DNA of 64,000 nucleotides from the human T2T-CHM13v2.0 reference genome, Homo sapiens, in assembly GCF_009914755.1 (NCBI RefSeq), contig NC_060930.1. One strand, written 5' to 3'. Shown in pieces: positions 27,356 to 44,787 of the stretch. Each line of letters opens with the position of its first letter. The stretch's first letter is position 1. Made by a program: the position numbers and the translations under genes. The notes under the pieces were generated by a model. It did not search any database and had not been told where the DNA came from. It saw nothing but the letters and a program-made list of their open reading frames with translations.

Positions 27356-28966
27356 GAGTTCATTTAGTTTAATTCCACACATTATAAATGAGAAAACTGA
27401 GATGGAGCAAGGGAACACAATTTGACTCAAACTTGGAGACAGAGTCAGAAGTGAGATCTTCTGCTCCTTACACCAACTTTCTTTGCTTCTCCTAATCCCA
27501 TTTCCTAAACTCGAATATAGCTATGAATCTTCAGAGATAGAGAAGGGTATTTTAATGCTAGCTTTGGGGAAGAAGGATAATAAGTTATTTCCATACAGGT
27601 AGCTAGTTTTAAAACCACCTTGTAGATTAAGAGTTACCCTGGTAATCTTTTATGTAAAAATTGACTCATTTACAATTTTTATACATTTTATACATTTTAT
27701 AATATTTTACAGAGGCCTGCAGAAGAGTTTGTTCACAGCATGTTCAAGCCACCAGATCTTACCTGAAAAACTCCAGTGTCCTTACTAGCTAACTCTAAAG
27801 GAAATGATGCAGCTGTGTGGCTCTGTGCAAAGTGCCCATCTAGCTCATATTGGACTTCAAATTAAGGTCTCCAATCAAAAGAATCAACCTGTAACTATTT
27901 GCCCTCCTGTTAGCCAAATTTCTTTGCCATTGCTGAAGTTCACTTCTTTCATCTGGACACAACTGATTTTATATATTGTTTTCTTCTCTTTGCATATAAA
28001 AATACTTCAATCAAAGTGTGCAGTGTATAGGCAACACAAACAGGAGAATAGATAATAAAACATTTAAAGTCTTGCCATGTGGTTGTAGGAAAACTTCTTC
28101 AAACTTTTTCTGTTTAAGAAAAACATTTTCTGTTTAAGAAAATGTGCCCATGAAAATCTGACGGAAAGTCATAACAAATAACAAGGTAACCTACAAGCCA
28201 GTGAATGTTTTGCTATTATATTGACATGAAGATATTTGTGTTAAGATTTGCCTTTCACCTATTTGCCAGATGGAATGCCTTCATTGTTCCAAAATGCCAT
28301 TAGCATCCATAAACAAATATGATATGAAAGATATTTGGATACATTTTTTGTAACTAATAACATAATTTTTTTCATGGAAGGAGCAGTTGCTATACTTCTC
28401 CATAAAGTTGTTTTAACTTCACACATGACAATTCTTAAATGAACTGTCATTATAGCAAAGCTTTCCATTGTAGAGAATAGTTGAGGATAATTCTCTTCAT
28501 ATGAACTTTACTAAAAATCAAAGAAACTAGATACAGTTTCCCCTTTCTGATTATTCTTCCAGTATATTAAGTAAAGCTCTTCACCTTTCTCCACCACATA
28601 CTCCATTTATAAAATGCCAGCTACTCTTTTAGCCATCTTTCTGTAAGGTTTTAACGTGGCCATAACTGACCCAATATCATAGTACCTGTTCAAGGAAAAC
28701 AGCAAAACACGAAAAACAAAAAGGGCAACAAGAGGTAAAACAATGACATGTTAGATCTATCTTGTTCTAAATAACCTATTTGACAGTTTGGGCCAATATT
28801 AATATTTTTCAGTGAATTTGTGGATTTGACAGATTATTTTTGCAAATCAAGGAAACAAAAATGATACAACTCTAGTGATGTAAAGTCAACTAAATGATAC
28901 CCCACGACAAGCATGAGACACTAAACATTCAGCAGAAAATCAATTAAGACCTCAAAGTCATACAAC

Positions 28967-29890
28967 TGTTGACCATTTGTATGTCTTTTTTCATAAATGT
29001 TTATTCAGATAATTTGTCCACTTTTTGATCGGATTATTGGGGTTTTCTTGCTGCTGAGTTATTTGAGTTCCTTGTCTCTTTGGAATATTGGTCCCTTAGA
29101 TGAATAGTTTGTAAATATTTTCTCCTATTCCACAGATTTTGTCTCTTCACTCTGTTAATTGTTGGGAATGTAAATTAGTATAGCCATTACGGAAAACAGT
29201 ACGAGGGTTCCTCAAAAAACTAACAATAGAATCATTATACAATCTGGTAACCCCACTACTGGATATTTATCCAAAAGAAAGGAAATCAGTATACCAAATG
29301 AATAACTGTACCTCCATGGTAATTGTAACACTATTTACAATGGCCAAAATATGAATCAACCTATGTGTCCATTAGCAAATGAGTGAATAAAGAAAGGTGG
29401 TATATATACACAATGGAATACTATTCATTCACAAAAAAGAAGGAAATGTCATTTGCAACAACATGGATGGAACTATAATCATTATGTTAAGCGAAAGAAG
29501 CCAGGCACAGAAAGACAAATATTGTGTATTCTTATCCTTAAGTGAGAGCTAAAAAAAAAAAAAGTGAATCTCATGGAGGTGGAGAGTAGAATGATAGTTA
29601 CTGGAGGCTGTGAAGGATGTGTGAGGGCGTATGAAGAGGTTGCTAATGGGTACAAACATACAGTTAGACAGATGGAGTAAATTCTAGTGTTTGATGGTGC
29701 GGTTGGGTGACTTTAGTTAACAATTTATTGTATATTTCAAAATAACTGGAAGAAAAAATTTGAAATATTTCCAACACAAAGAAATGATAAATATCCTAAA
29801 TACCCTGATTTGATCATTACACATTGTATTCATGTACCCAAATACCACAAGTGCCCCATAAATATCTATAATATGTATAATAATATCAGT
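28967..29890 (+). mobile_element. L1MA-like 3' end with inverted 5' segment
   Basis: Antisense 28967-29163 ('gttgaccatttgtatgtctt...ttcactctgttaattgtt'), then sense ORF2 end and 3' UTR from 'gttgggaatgtaaattagta'. Confidence 0.85.
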
Positions 29891-30462
29891 AACATTGTTA
29901 AAGAACTCTTCAAAATCAGTTGTTTGATTCTATAACAAATATCTAGTCATATGTAGAAGCTGTAAAATTAGAGCTCCTTTCTGATTAAGGGAGTGTGCTT
30001 TTACATTCCAAGGAAGGATAAGAAGAGAAGTTGTCCTTTAACAGTGATAGTAATTTAGGCAATTATTTAATATCCCTGAGGCTACTCTCCTTTTGAGAGG
30101 TTATTGTGATTAAAAAACACTAGATGTTGTATGAAAAACACCTTAATGTTGGCTACCACACAGTAGGACATAATTGTAATTCCATTATAAGTATTATTTT
30201 TAAATATCTAGAAAAGATACAAAAATAAATGATCCATTGATTTACTCCAGAAGATGAGTATCAAATCTCCACATATCTAAAAACAAAAAAGAATTTGTCA
30301 AAAATATACAAGCATACCAAAAAAAGCATCTCTTAAAAAAAGTTGTTTCAGTTAATGCCTTTCTTATAACCTTCACTGGGAAATTATAATCACATGTAAA
30401 CCTCAAGCATAAATAAACCTATTGTTTCCCAGAATTACCTTAACTTCTCAAGGACCAGTATA

Positions 30463-30465
<3 letters not shown>

Positions 30466-30505
<40 letters not shown>
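30466..30505. repeat. (TA)n microsatellite
   Basis: About 20 pure TA units. Confidence 0.95.
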
Positions 30506-30508
<3 letters not shown>

Positions 30509-31780
30509 CACTGATATACATAAAGTCAGATAATTTTCTATCAGGTATAAAAGAGAAAATATAGTTTATGGTAGAGAGGTTAGGAGGAGATGATGAAATT
30601 TCTCTCTATTGACAATGCCTAAATTTGTGGAGTCAAAGCTTAGTTGATGGAACTAAAGAAATAGCGTTTTTCTCTTCTAAAGGGATAAATTATTCTAGAT
30701 GCTTGTCATTTCCTTTTACAAGTGTGCTGGAGAACTTCCAAAGGCATATGATTAAACTGCTACAAGGTCTTAAAAAAAAGAAAAAGAAAAAGAAAGACAA
30801 AGAAAATGAAACTCAGTAAAAAAGGGGAAGAGTTCACAATGCATTTGCTTCTTTGGTATATCTGAGTAAAAGGAAAAAAAAGTTTGCCTCAGTTGCATTT
30901 AGGCAAGGGGTTCAACATATCCAGAAAATAAATTAGAGATCTAGAGAAAGGTGTTCAAAATTGTGTAGAAATTCACAAATTTTGTAGAAGTCAGGTAAAA
31001 GAAAAATTATTGATTGCAGTGATATAATCTTTGTGTTTTCCATAATAGAGTCTTATGCTATAATCTATGTTAACCCAAAATAAACATTGCAATTGGTTTG
31101 GGCCATAGGCAAATGGAGAATATAATCACTTCTGTAAGGAACAGCCCAGTTTGTTGATCTTGGATCAGTTATCCAACATACTTTGGAGCCCTCAAGGTTT
31201 GCCAAGTCTTCGTCATTCTATAAATCTCTTCATTCCTTTTGTGAGGGAGAATATAAGGAGCTTTAATCCTGCTACCCAGTGATTCAGTTATCATTTTTGC
31301 TGTGGTTCACTCATTGACCTTCAACCTAGTTCCTGCACCTAAATCCTTACCTCGTTTCTCACTGCCAGAAATTCAACCGCTGGCTATATCTGCACACCTG
31401 TTTTGGTTCTAAGTCCTGTTTTAAGCCGTTGCCTCCAAATCTTTGTGCCAGTCTTTTCAAATGTTTGCTGAAAGCCTGAGTTGGCTTATGTCTTTTTCCA
31501 ATGAATAAAATCTCCACTAATGCAGCACACACTGGTGTCCTTTGATGTCTCAAATATAATCTATATTCATTTAGTTATATATCACCATAAACATTACTCC
31601 ATAGGGAAAATTTTTAAATGAATGAATTGGTGTAATTTACCAATGATCTTCAACCCTAAATCAAAGATTCAAAAACATCTGAATCAAAATGTAATTGATG
31701 TTAATTGCTTATTAATGTAAAATAAGATGATATTCACATTACTTTGTTGCACATGATATGGATTCTAATACAAACACATA

Positions 31781-31877
31781 CCTCTCTCTCCTTCTCTTTA
31801 TCTCTCCTCTTCATCCTCTTGATCCTCTTATCTTCCTTGTCCTTCTTTTCTCCCTCCTCCTCCTTTTCCTTCTTCTT
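31781..31877. repeat. CT-rich low-complexity polypyrimidine tract
   Basis: Almost entirely C/T for ~95 bp. Confidence 0.85.
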
Positions 31878-31984
31878 GTAAAGCAAAAGATGTAGAAATT
31901 CATAGGACTTAAGATAGCTGGATGGTTAATCATTTCACAAAAGCAAATCACATGATGTCATAAAAAAACAAACAAACAAAAAAC

Positions 31985-32195
31985 ATGGGATCTGGGTTCA
32001 GGCTGACCCAGATTTAAATCTTAGATGAGTTTTTATCATATTTTGGAAAGTATATGATATTTCCTAGCTATTTTGCTTGCTTGTGAAATGGACATAAGCA
32101 TATCTACCACTCAGGGATTTTGCAAAAATCAAATTAAGTAGTAGGCAAAATATGCATAACTTTGCAACTGTCACAAAGTAGATACTCAGCTAATT
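31985..32195 (+). mobile_element. MIR (decayed)
   Basis: 'gacccagatttaaatcttag...ttgtgaaatggacataagcatatctaccactcaggg...agtagatactcag'. Confidence 0.55.
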
Positions 32196-32755
32196 TTTAT
32201 AATCCCCCTCTCCAAATTTCCTTTTCTTCAATAATTAATTAGATATGGTAATAAATCAATATCTGCACTTCCTTAATTTATGCTACTCAGTTGGCATTCA
32301 TATTTTCTTATAGACTCAAATACACATATGTTGACAAATATATGCAGAAAAATTTATTACTATATTTCTGTATATTGTTAAGTATGTTATCTGATGGTAC
32401 AGGGAACTATTTAGCTTTCAGGCAATAAAAATGTATAAAACAGATAGTCCCCTACACTCTCTCCCAATAAACAATACATACCATCATATGAACAATGTTC
32501 TCAGAAAAAGTTTTGGATATCTTATTTATGTATTATGTGAGATCAGTAGTGTATAGTGCTTATTGTACACAAGGTCCTCTATTTCTTGTAGTTGTTTTGT
32601 ATTCTACTAGTAATGTTAATCCATAATGGCTGACTAACAATGTAGAAATGATAATGTTAAAGAAAAAAATTCCAAAGAATGAAAAGTTTAGTCAGCTGAA
32701 TGTTTTTTAAAAAACGAGATTTAGAGCTTCTCAATGTGACTTCAATAAAATATCT

Positions 32756-32865
32756 AAAAACTTAGAGGACAAAAATCATCAGACTGGTTGAGATGGTTGA
32801 AGGTCCTTTCCAAAAACTTAGAGGACAAAAATCATCAGACTGATTGAGATGGTTGAAAGTCCTTT
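32756..32865. repeat. 56-bp-period tandem duplication (2 copies)
   Basis: aaaaacttagaggacaaaaatcatcagactg[g/a]ttgagatggttgaa[g/a]gtccttt starts at 32756 and again at 32812. Confidence 0.95.
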
Positions 32866-33099
32866 GATGCCATGAAGGTTAGAACGCACATCACTGAAAT
32901 CCATTAGAATAGATCAGCTCTTCAACAATGCTAGTTGGAAGGACCTACAGCCAAGTAATATCACGAATCCACAGAATTAGAAGAGTGGAGACACTTCTAC
33001 TTTTTAGTGCTGGAAATACATCTTAAAAATGAGAATTATGAAACAACTCTATGTATTCGTGATGTATTTAATGCACCATTTTCTGGAATGCATCCCATT

Positions 33100-33260
33100 T
33101 TATATCACAGTCTTAAAATTAGAAAGAAACTTGGAGGACATCCAGACAAACTTGCAACCCGATGGAGAAATTCTTTTCCCCTACATCGTTGAAAAACAAT
33201 TCTTCATTTCCTGTTTGAAAGATTTTAATGTTAAAGAGCTAACTTCTTCTCACATTAACC
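33100..33260 (-). mobile_element. L3/CR1 (or MIR3-related) fragment
   Basis: 'tcacagtcttaaaattagaaagaaacttggaggacatccagacaaac...tgtttgaaagattttaatgttaaagagctaact'. Confidence 0.45.
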
Positions 33261-33649
33261 TCTGGAATTGTATAGATTAGGATATCAGAAGAAAAGAAAC
33301 AATACATTCATAAAGGTCTAACTAAGTGAGTTTAATGAAGGTGTTAGTTACAGAGGCATGGGTACTGTTACTAGGATTATTAAGTGATAGAGAGAGGCCC
33401 AGTGGTGAGTAATAGTAGGAAAACTTTGCCACATCTGGCCACCAGGGTTAGATGTCCTTCTTGTCCTTGTCCCTAGCCAAGGACATCTCTTATAGTTGTT
33501 TTGTACTCTACTACATTATGCACTCTGTAAATATTTTCGACTTTGAGTATCATGTCATTTGCTGATTCCCAAGTTATTGTGCTTCACTTCTTGATAACAG
33601 CTTTAGCTGTTGGCTCTTTGTTATTTTTTCTGAGTTTGTAGAGGCGGCT

Positions 33650-34865
<1,216 letters not shown>

Positions 34866-36244
34866 GTGGCTGTTGGAATATGTATGAATAAATTACTCTC
34901 AAAGAATCCTCTAACTTTCATGACTCAGTGGGAGGTACTAAGGAGAGGGCTGGCTTGTCTTGGGAGTAGGCAGAGAGGAACTTGCTTACAGAGTTTGAAG
35001 TACAGAACCTTACACAGACTACGTATCTCTAAGATCTTGAAGACTTGGTCCAAGGGTTTTCTGTGTATGTAAATATTTCCAGAAATCTCAGCTTGCTAAA
35101 ATTGGAGATTCCTAAGAAATACTTCTTACCTATTCAAGCAAAGTACCTAAGTTGGGGCCCAGAAACTGCACTTTAGTGATCCTTTTTAGGGACATTTATA
35201 TATAATAATCTCTTAGAAATATAGCCTCAACTCTTTACAAGTAATACCTCACTGGAAAAATATATATTTTAAATGACAGTTTGAGGAAAAATGTAGAAGG
35301 GACGGTTGTTTAGGTGTGGGGCAATGAAAAGAAAAGAAAACGAACAAGGGAAAATGCTTGGTCTCAAAAGAGAATAGAGAGTCAGAACAAGAAAGAAATT
35401 ATTTTACAGGTTTGTTCCACCCCCGCCCAGAGGGATGAGTACAATGTAAAAGAGGTTGGAATTTGGGAGAAAATTAGAATCTTGTAAACAATCATCCTCT
35501 ATACTAAGTTCTATCCATTTTTCACATAGTATTAGGACTTAAACATACTGATTTTTCACATCTTGCAGGAGACGTGGAAAAACTTAAATCACTTCTAGTG
35601 TTTCTATACATATTAGAAATGTAGTTATAATGTAAATAACAGCTGAGAGTTCAATGAAAGGTCAAATAATTATTTTTCCTATTGCTCTGACTAAATCACA
35701 TAGACACACTCATATGTACAGCAGCATCCCTGGGGATTACTACTATAAATGACTATTATATTATTGCCTTGAATTACCCTTTCAAAACCACACAAATCCC
35801 AAGCACTTTCCACGTTAAAGATCATAAAACTCACCCATTTTAACTGATAACCATTTAGCATAGGAGGCTCTAAATAAGATTGATATCTCACAGGTTGGCA
35901 AGTCAGGTAAGAAATTTCTCACTGAATACACACAGGCCATGTAGAGTTAACAAAAAAAATTCTTTTGAAATTTTAAAATGTATTATATTTTATTCTATCA
36001 GGATTAGATATTAGTTAACAGTTTAGTAGAGAATAAGTTATTAGGTAATTTGATGGCATAGAAACATATCAAAAAGAATTGTTTCAGTTTTTGGAACATA
36101 AATTGAGAACTGGGGTATTAAAAAGAAAATATTTTAAATGCCTTTGTAGCAAATGTAGCAATATTGTTCATTGATAATGTGATTCTTGTTAAAATAACAA
36201 ACATTCTGTGTTTTGCCAATTGCAAGTGGTTCTGAACTTTACAG

Positions 36245-38870
<2,626 letters not shown>

Positions 38871-39040
38871 AAAAATATTTTTTTAAATGTTATCTTCTGT
38901 CCTTTAGTCAAAACTCAGCATTTCACACTTGAAAAAAAACAGTGAATCTTCACATGGCCTCTGAAGATACAGCAGAAAAGGTATTATGAGCAGTCTAATA
39001 TGAAGGTTATGAAACTACTTTTCAGCTGCCATCCTGGTAA

Positions 39041-39367
<327 letters not shown>

Positions 39368-40864
39368 TGATTTTTTTTTTTTTTTTTTTTTGCCACAAAT
39401 CAAATGGCAAAATAAGCAATAGACAGAAAACAATAGAAGAGGATAGAAACCGTTGTATCTAAATCAAGGACTCCCAGATATGTTCAAAAAGTGTTTGAAT
39501 CACTTTATTTTTTGTAAGTTAGAAATTAATGTTTCATGTTCTCTTATAATATTTCTAAGTATATCTTACAACATATTCTTCTGTCACAGCCAGCATGATT
39601 CTTTTAATCAGATCTCTCTTTGTCATTGTGTTGCTATGCCAAAGGATAGAACGCACACAGAGGGGTCACATGAGGCCTCTTTTCAACAAGTGCTAATTAA
39701 TAAGCAAGTCAAGACAGAGCCTCAAAAGACAAAGTGCTGAAGCTAAGATCGCTCAGCAAAAAATGAAAACATACTCTTTAGATTTGAAAGTAAGGATGGC
39801 TTGCGGGATTTGTTTATTTCTTTGCCACATAAAGAAAGTTTAAAATTAAGGACATTGTCATACAGTAAGGGACCTTGACCCCTGTCTTTCCTTTAATGTT
39901 GCTAGGTTCAGTGTTCTTGTCAGTAAAATTAAAGGAATTAACCCAATACATGACTCTTATCTATGTTGACAGAGTCCTAGAAAGTCACAGGGGCAGTTGG
40001 GGACCAGTGATGAGAAGGATTGTGAATAAAAAAGAAACCAAGGATTTTGTTTTCCTTCTCTTTCTTTCTCTCTCTCTCTTTAGCTATTACCCTTTTTGAA
40101 CTTCAAACAATATTTTAAAATTTTTAGTTGAATATTTTAAATAAAATATATTATATATACAGTTAAGCACACAGAGCTTAAGCATCAGATTGACTAATTT
40201 TCACAAAATAAACACAACATGATACTCATTTAGACTTCCAAAATCTCTCATAAAAGTAGCCCTATCATTAATTTCCCACAGAGTAAGCACTATATACTGA
40301 ATTTTATCACCATAAACTAGATTTTTCTATTTTTGAATTTGATAAACATTGACTCATACTATATGTACTTTTTGTGCCTGTCTTTGTTCAATCAATAATA
40401 TGACTTATCCACGTTGCTCCATGAAGATTTATCCACGTTGCTTCATGAAGCTATAGTTGGATTTTTATTATGTATTAACCCATTGTATGAATATACCAAA
40501 ATCTATTTTTTGCTAACACATTTAAGTACATTTGGATAATTTTACATTTTCCACTTTTACACAAAATGTTGCTAGAAATCTTGTGTACATGTCTATTGGT
40601 ATCAGTAGGTTCATCTTACTATCAGTGATAGGAATGAGTGGAATTACCAGATATATCTTTAGCCGTGGACAGTCCTAACAGTGTTCCAAAGTGTTTGTAC
40701 AAATGCACACACCACTTGTCAGTGTATGAAAATTCCAATTACTCCATGAATTTACAAATATATGGTACTATCATTTTTAAAAATTTTAGGTATTTTGAGG
40801 GAATTATATTGGTATTTTATTGTGGTTTTAGTGTGAATTTCCTTAATGACTAATTTTATTGAGC

Positions 40865-41055
40865 TATATATATGTGTATATATATATACACACATATATA
40901 TACATACATATATATACATATATACATACATATATACATATACACATACATACATATATACATATATACATACATATATACATATATACATACATATATA
41001 CATATACATACATACATATATACATATATATACATACATATATATATATATATAT
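40865..41055. repeat. (TA/TACA)n compound microsatellite
   Basis: About 190 bp of tatacata-type units. This is the source of the spurious Y/I/H/T-rich ORFs. Confidence 0.95.
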
Positions 41056-42230
41056 TTACCTATGCCTCATTTCTACTTAGTTATCTGCATTTGTGAAGAG
41101 ACTATTCAGATTTTTTGATGTTTTTAATTGGACTCCTTGTTACTAGTGATTTGTAGGAATTCTTTCTATATTATTCCATAAATAGGACCACAGAACCTAT
41201 AAACATTGAAGGGATACTGAGTGGATATTTTGAACAACTTTATGGAAGTAATTTTTTTACAAAAATAGTGCACTTAAAAATATTATATATATAATTCCAA
41301 TGTTTTATATATGTATATAATTCCAATGTTATATATATTGCATATATATATAACATATATATATATATATATATAATGTTGCAAATATCTTCTTCACTCA
41401 GTGGCCTCTGTTTCTCATCTTATTTTTTTTGAGAAATAGAATATTTACATATCAACCTGTACCTATATTGCTAATGCTTTTGTTTCTCATTTAAGAAATA
41501 TGAACTTCCACAAGATCATAAAGATAATCTGTTAATAGTCTTCTAATTTTTAATGTTTTTCTTGTGACATTTAGATATATTATTCTCTTGAAGTTGAAGT
41601 AATTACTTTGACATGGAGAACAAACTTAAAAAAAATGTTGCTAGACACTTTAGCAAGCAACATTTATTGGAAGACTTACCTTTTTCCCCACAGAATAGCA
41701 ATGGCACTTTACCATAGATGAGATGACCATATACGTGTGCTTTTGTTTCTGGGCTTCCTATACTTTTCCACTGGTCTATCTGTCTGTATTTTTATAAAAG
41801 TCTTTATATATCAAGTCCTGATATATTCTTCTTCAAGAATGTTGTAGCTATTCCTGGTCCTTTGTCTTTCCACATAAAATTTAAAAGTTGCTTTACCCAC
41901 CAGAAAATGTTGGAGTGTAATTAGCCTTGCATTGACACTTTTGATCAATTTAAGGAAAAAATTATATCGTTATAATTCTGAGTCATTCAGTTTATGGCCA
42001 TGGCATGTTGTTACATTTATTTAGATTTTACTTCATTATTTCAGCCATATTTTGTGGTTTTTTAGTTTTTGAAGCCTTAGAATCTTTTTATTTATTTCAA
42101 TGATTATAAGACAATTTCGATGGTAGAAATTTTAACTTTATTTTCTAATTTGTTTTTGACTTTATCTAAAACTATAGAGTTTTGATTTAGTTTGTTTTAG
42201 ATATCTTGTTAAATTCCTCTATCAATTCTA

Positions 42231-42309
42231 TTAGTTTGAACCACATGAGATTGTTGTTATGGTAAGTAAAAATGTTAAAATATCAGCATTTTAATGTGGT
42301 TGAACGTAA
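42231..42309. mobile_element. MADE2-like mariner MITE
   Basis: About 80 bp with degenerate terminal inverted repeats ttagtttgaaccacatgagattg ... cattttaatgtggttgaacgtaa. Confidence 0.7.
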
Positions 42310-42357
42310 CAGTTTATCTCTAGTGTCTTGATTTCCTATGTACACAACTAAGCCATC

Positions 42358-42724
42358 TGTATTAGTCCTTTTTCATGCTGCTATGAAGAACTACCCATGA
42401 CTGAGTAATTTATGAAGGAAAGAGGTTTAATTGGCTCACAGTTCCATAGGGCTGGGAAGGCCTCAGAAAACTTACAATCATGGTGGGAGGTGAAGCAAAC
42501 AGGTCCTTCTTCACATGGCAGCAGCAGGGAGATGTGCAGAGTGAAGGGGGTGAAAAGCCCACTATAAAACCATCAGATTTTGTGAGAACTCAATATCATG
42601 ACAACAGCATGGAGATAACTGCCCCCATGATTCAATTACCTCCAACCAAGTCCCTCCCATGACACATAGGGATTATAGGCACTACAAGATGAGATTTGGA
42701 TGGGGACACAGCCAAATCACATCA
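42358..42724 (-). mobile_element. THE1C/D solo LTR
   Basis: tgtattagtcc...ggggacacagccaaatcacatca. Perfect 5-bp TSD ccatc (42353-42357, 42725-42729). Confidence 0.92.
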
Positions 42725-43359
42725 CCATCTGTCGCTTAATACAATTTTATTTCTTACATCTCAATACTTATCTTTTAAACATTTATTTTTGTTGCCTTAT
42801 TGTAGTATGTGCGATCTCTAGCCATATGTTGGGTACAACAGGTGACAGCAGATATCCATGTTTCATTCTCAATATAAGGAAAAACACTGTAACTATTTCA
42901 CTAAAAAATATTACATTTCCTGTACATTTTAAAATATATCCTTTATCAGATTAAGGAAAGCTCATTTTATTCCTACTTTACTAAAATATTTTTTAAAATC
43001 ATGGATATATGTTAAATATTATGAAATGCTTACATTATGCTTTTTAAATAATATCATTTTCTGCTTTATTTTGTTAATATGGTAAATTAATTATATTGTT
43101 TTGATAATTACATAAAACATAAGCTCTTAGAATAAATAAATTTTATATTATCTATATTTTATACATTTCTAGATTTGTTTTGCTACAATATTGTTTACAA
43201 TTTTTGTGCTTATGTTTACAAGAGGGATTTTGCTATTATTTAACTTTTGTGTGAAGTCCTTGCCAGTCTTTGAAATCGAGGTTATTCTGAACTAATAACA
43301 TGGAGAGAAGGCATCACCAATTACCAATTGGTATTTAACAATGTCAGATATAAGCATTC

Positions 43360-43650
43360 AGGAACACAAAACCTATAAACATTGAAGGGATACTGAGTGG
43401 ATATTTTGGACAACTTTATGGAGATAATTTATTTACAAAAATAATGCACTTGAAAAAATACAACTTCCTGATATTGACATAAGAAGAATTAGAAAACTTG
43501 GATAATCCTATATTTATTAATAATGTTGAAACGATAATAGCCCTCCTACAAAGAAAAGTTCAGGAATGGTAGACATCAAGAATGAATTGTTTCAAACACT
43601 TCAGAGAGAAGTAATGCCAATATTGCACTAACATTTCCAAAGAATAAATA
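43360..43650 (+). mobile_element. Old L1M ORF2 fragment (sense)
   Basis: 'ggacaactttatgg...gaaaaaatacaacttcc...agaagaattagaaaacttggataatcctata'. Confidence 0.65.
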
Positions 43651-43924
43651 ATTAATTGAGTATACTAGACATTAAGGAGACAGAAACATCAACGATAACA
43701 GAAATTACAAGGCTTTAAGCTTGGAAATGAATGGAAGGAAATAGCATACACTGTGTTCACATTTAAAGTTTATTATTTAACAGTCATGCCAAGATAGAAA
43801 AATGAAATCTTGCGTGTCAATAAGTATATATACTAATTGTGAATAATGGCTTTTCTGTATTCTAATAGTCAGTTGATTTATAAAAATAGTAGGTCAATTT
43901 CAAAGACCATCCAGCATTCATTTA

Positions 43925-44532
43925 GATATTTCCTCTCAGCTTCAAACTTACCCATCCATTATCTGATTGATAATGTTGGGGCTTGAAATCTGGAAACTAA
44001 ATTTTTATTTTCCAGCTGGCTCTTAGTTAGACTCTGCCATTAGTGAGAACTAGAGAAATCCTGCAAGTCTGTAGGAGAAAGAAGGTACATGCCCCTTCCT
44101 GTTTTTTTCTGCCTGTTTATATTCTTTTTCTTTGAAAGTAACCCTGTCAAGTCTTCTTAATCCTGACAGTGGTAATTCTGTCCGGTTGCAGCAGAATTCA
44201 TTTTTCCATTTTCCCAATGTTTTCAGAAAAGATTTAACTTTACTCACCTGAGAGATACTAACATTGCCAATTATCACTCCTCAGAGGTTCAAGTCCAAGC
44301 CCCACAGGGCACTTCCTCTGAATTTCTAAGTTTTAATATATCCAGCCTCTACCCTTTGTAACCTAGCTATAGAGAACTTACCTCTTGCGATTGCTATCTC
44401 AGGTATAACTTAGAGTTCTTGTTTTATCTTTTATAACTTGACATCTCAATACCTACTGAACAATTCCTTATATTAATTCTCTCTGTTCAAACAATAAGTT
44501 GGCTTCTATCCCCTGGATGATCCTGAATGACA
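43925..44532 (+). mobile_element. LTR33-like ERVL LTR
   Basis: 'ccagctggctcttagttagactctgccattagtgagaactagag' and the 3' end 'aattccttatattaattctctctgttcaaa...cctgaatgaca'. Confidence 0.6.
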
Positions 44533-44725
44533 GCCCTGCAAAAGGCAAACATACAATGAAGAGGAGATACGCTGGGCTGTGAAATTGTAAAACTAAAGCA
44601 TGGGATAGATATGTGATAGAAATTAAACAAACCAAACCATATAACTGAAGGAAGTTCAAATAAAATTTTTAAAAGCACACGTGTGAAATAGATATTGCAG
44701 AATAAGAGAAAGGAAAGATTGTAAA

Positions 44726-44727
44726 TG

Positions 44728-44787
<60 letters not shown>
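44726..44787. repeat. (TG)n(AG)n compound microsatellite
   Basis: Read directly from the sequence. Confidence 0.95.

Larger units (their letters stand above)
40110..43300 (-). mobile_element. Old L1MC/ME-like element with multiple nested insertions
   Basis: L1M 3' UTR antisense ('tactgaattttatcaccataaactag') and ORF2 antisense ('ttcttcaagaatgttgtagctattcctggtcctttg'). Confidence 0.7.

Noticed and set aside
27763-27794. Possible 32-nt minus-strand micro-exon (tttag| ... cag|gtaag)
   Set aside because: The donor is good, but the polypyrimidine tract is short, the length does not preserve frame and there are no partner exons. This is expected by chance.
40752-41118. Tyr/Ile/His/Thr-rich ORFs on both strands
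   Set aside because: Translation of a stop-free TA/TACA microsatellite.
41184-43456. Reading the 97-bp direct repeats as LTRs or a giant TSD of a 2.2-kb element
   Set aside because: The antisense L1 continues on both sides of the left copy, the repeat is L1 ORF2-like, and it lacks TG...CA termini.
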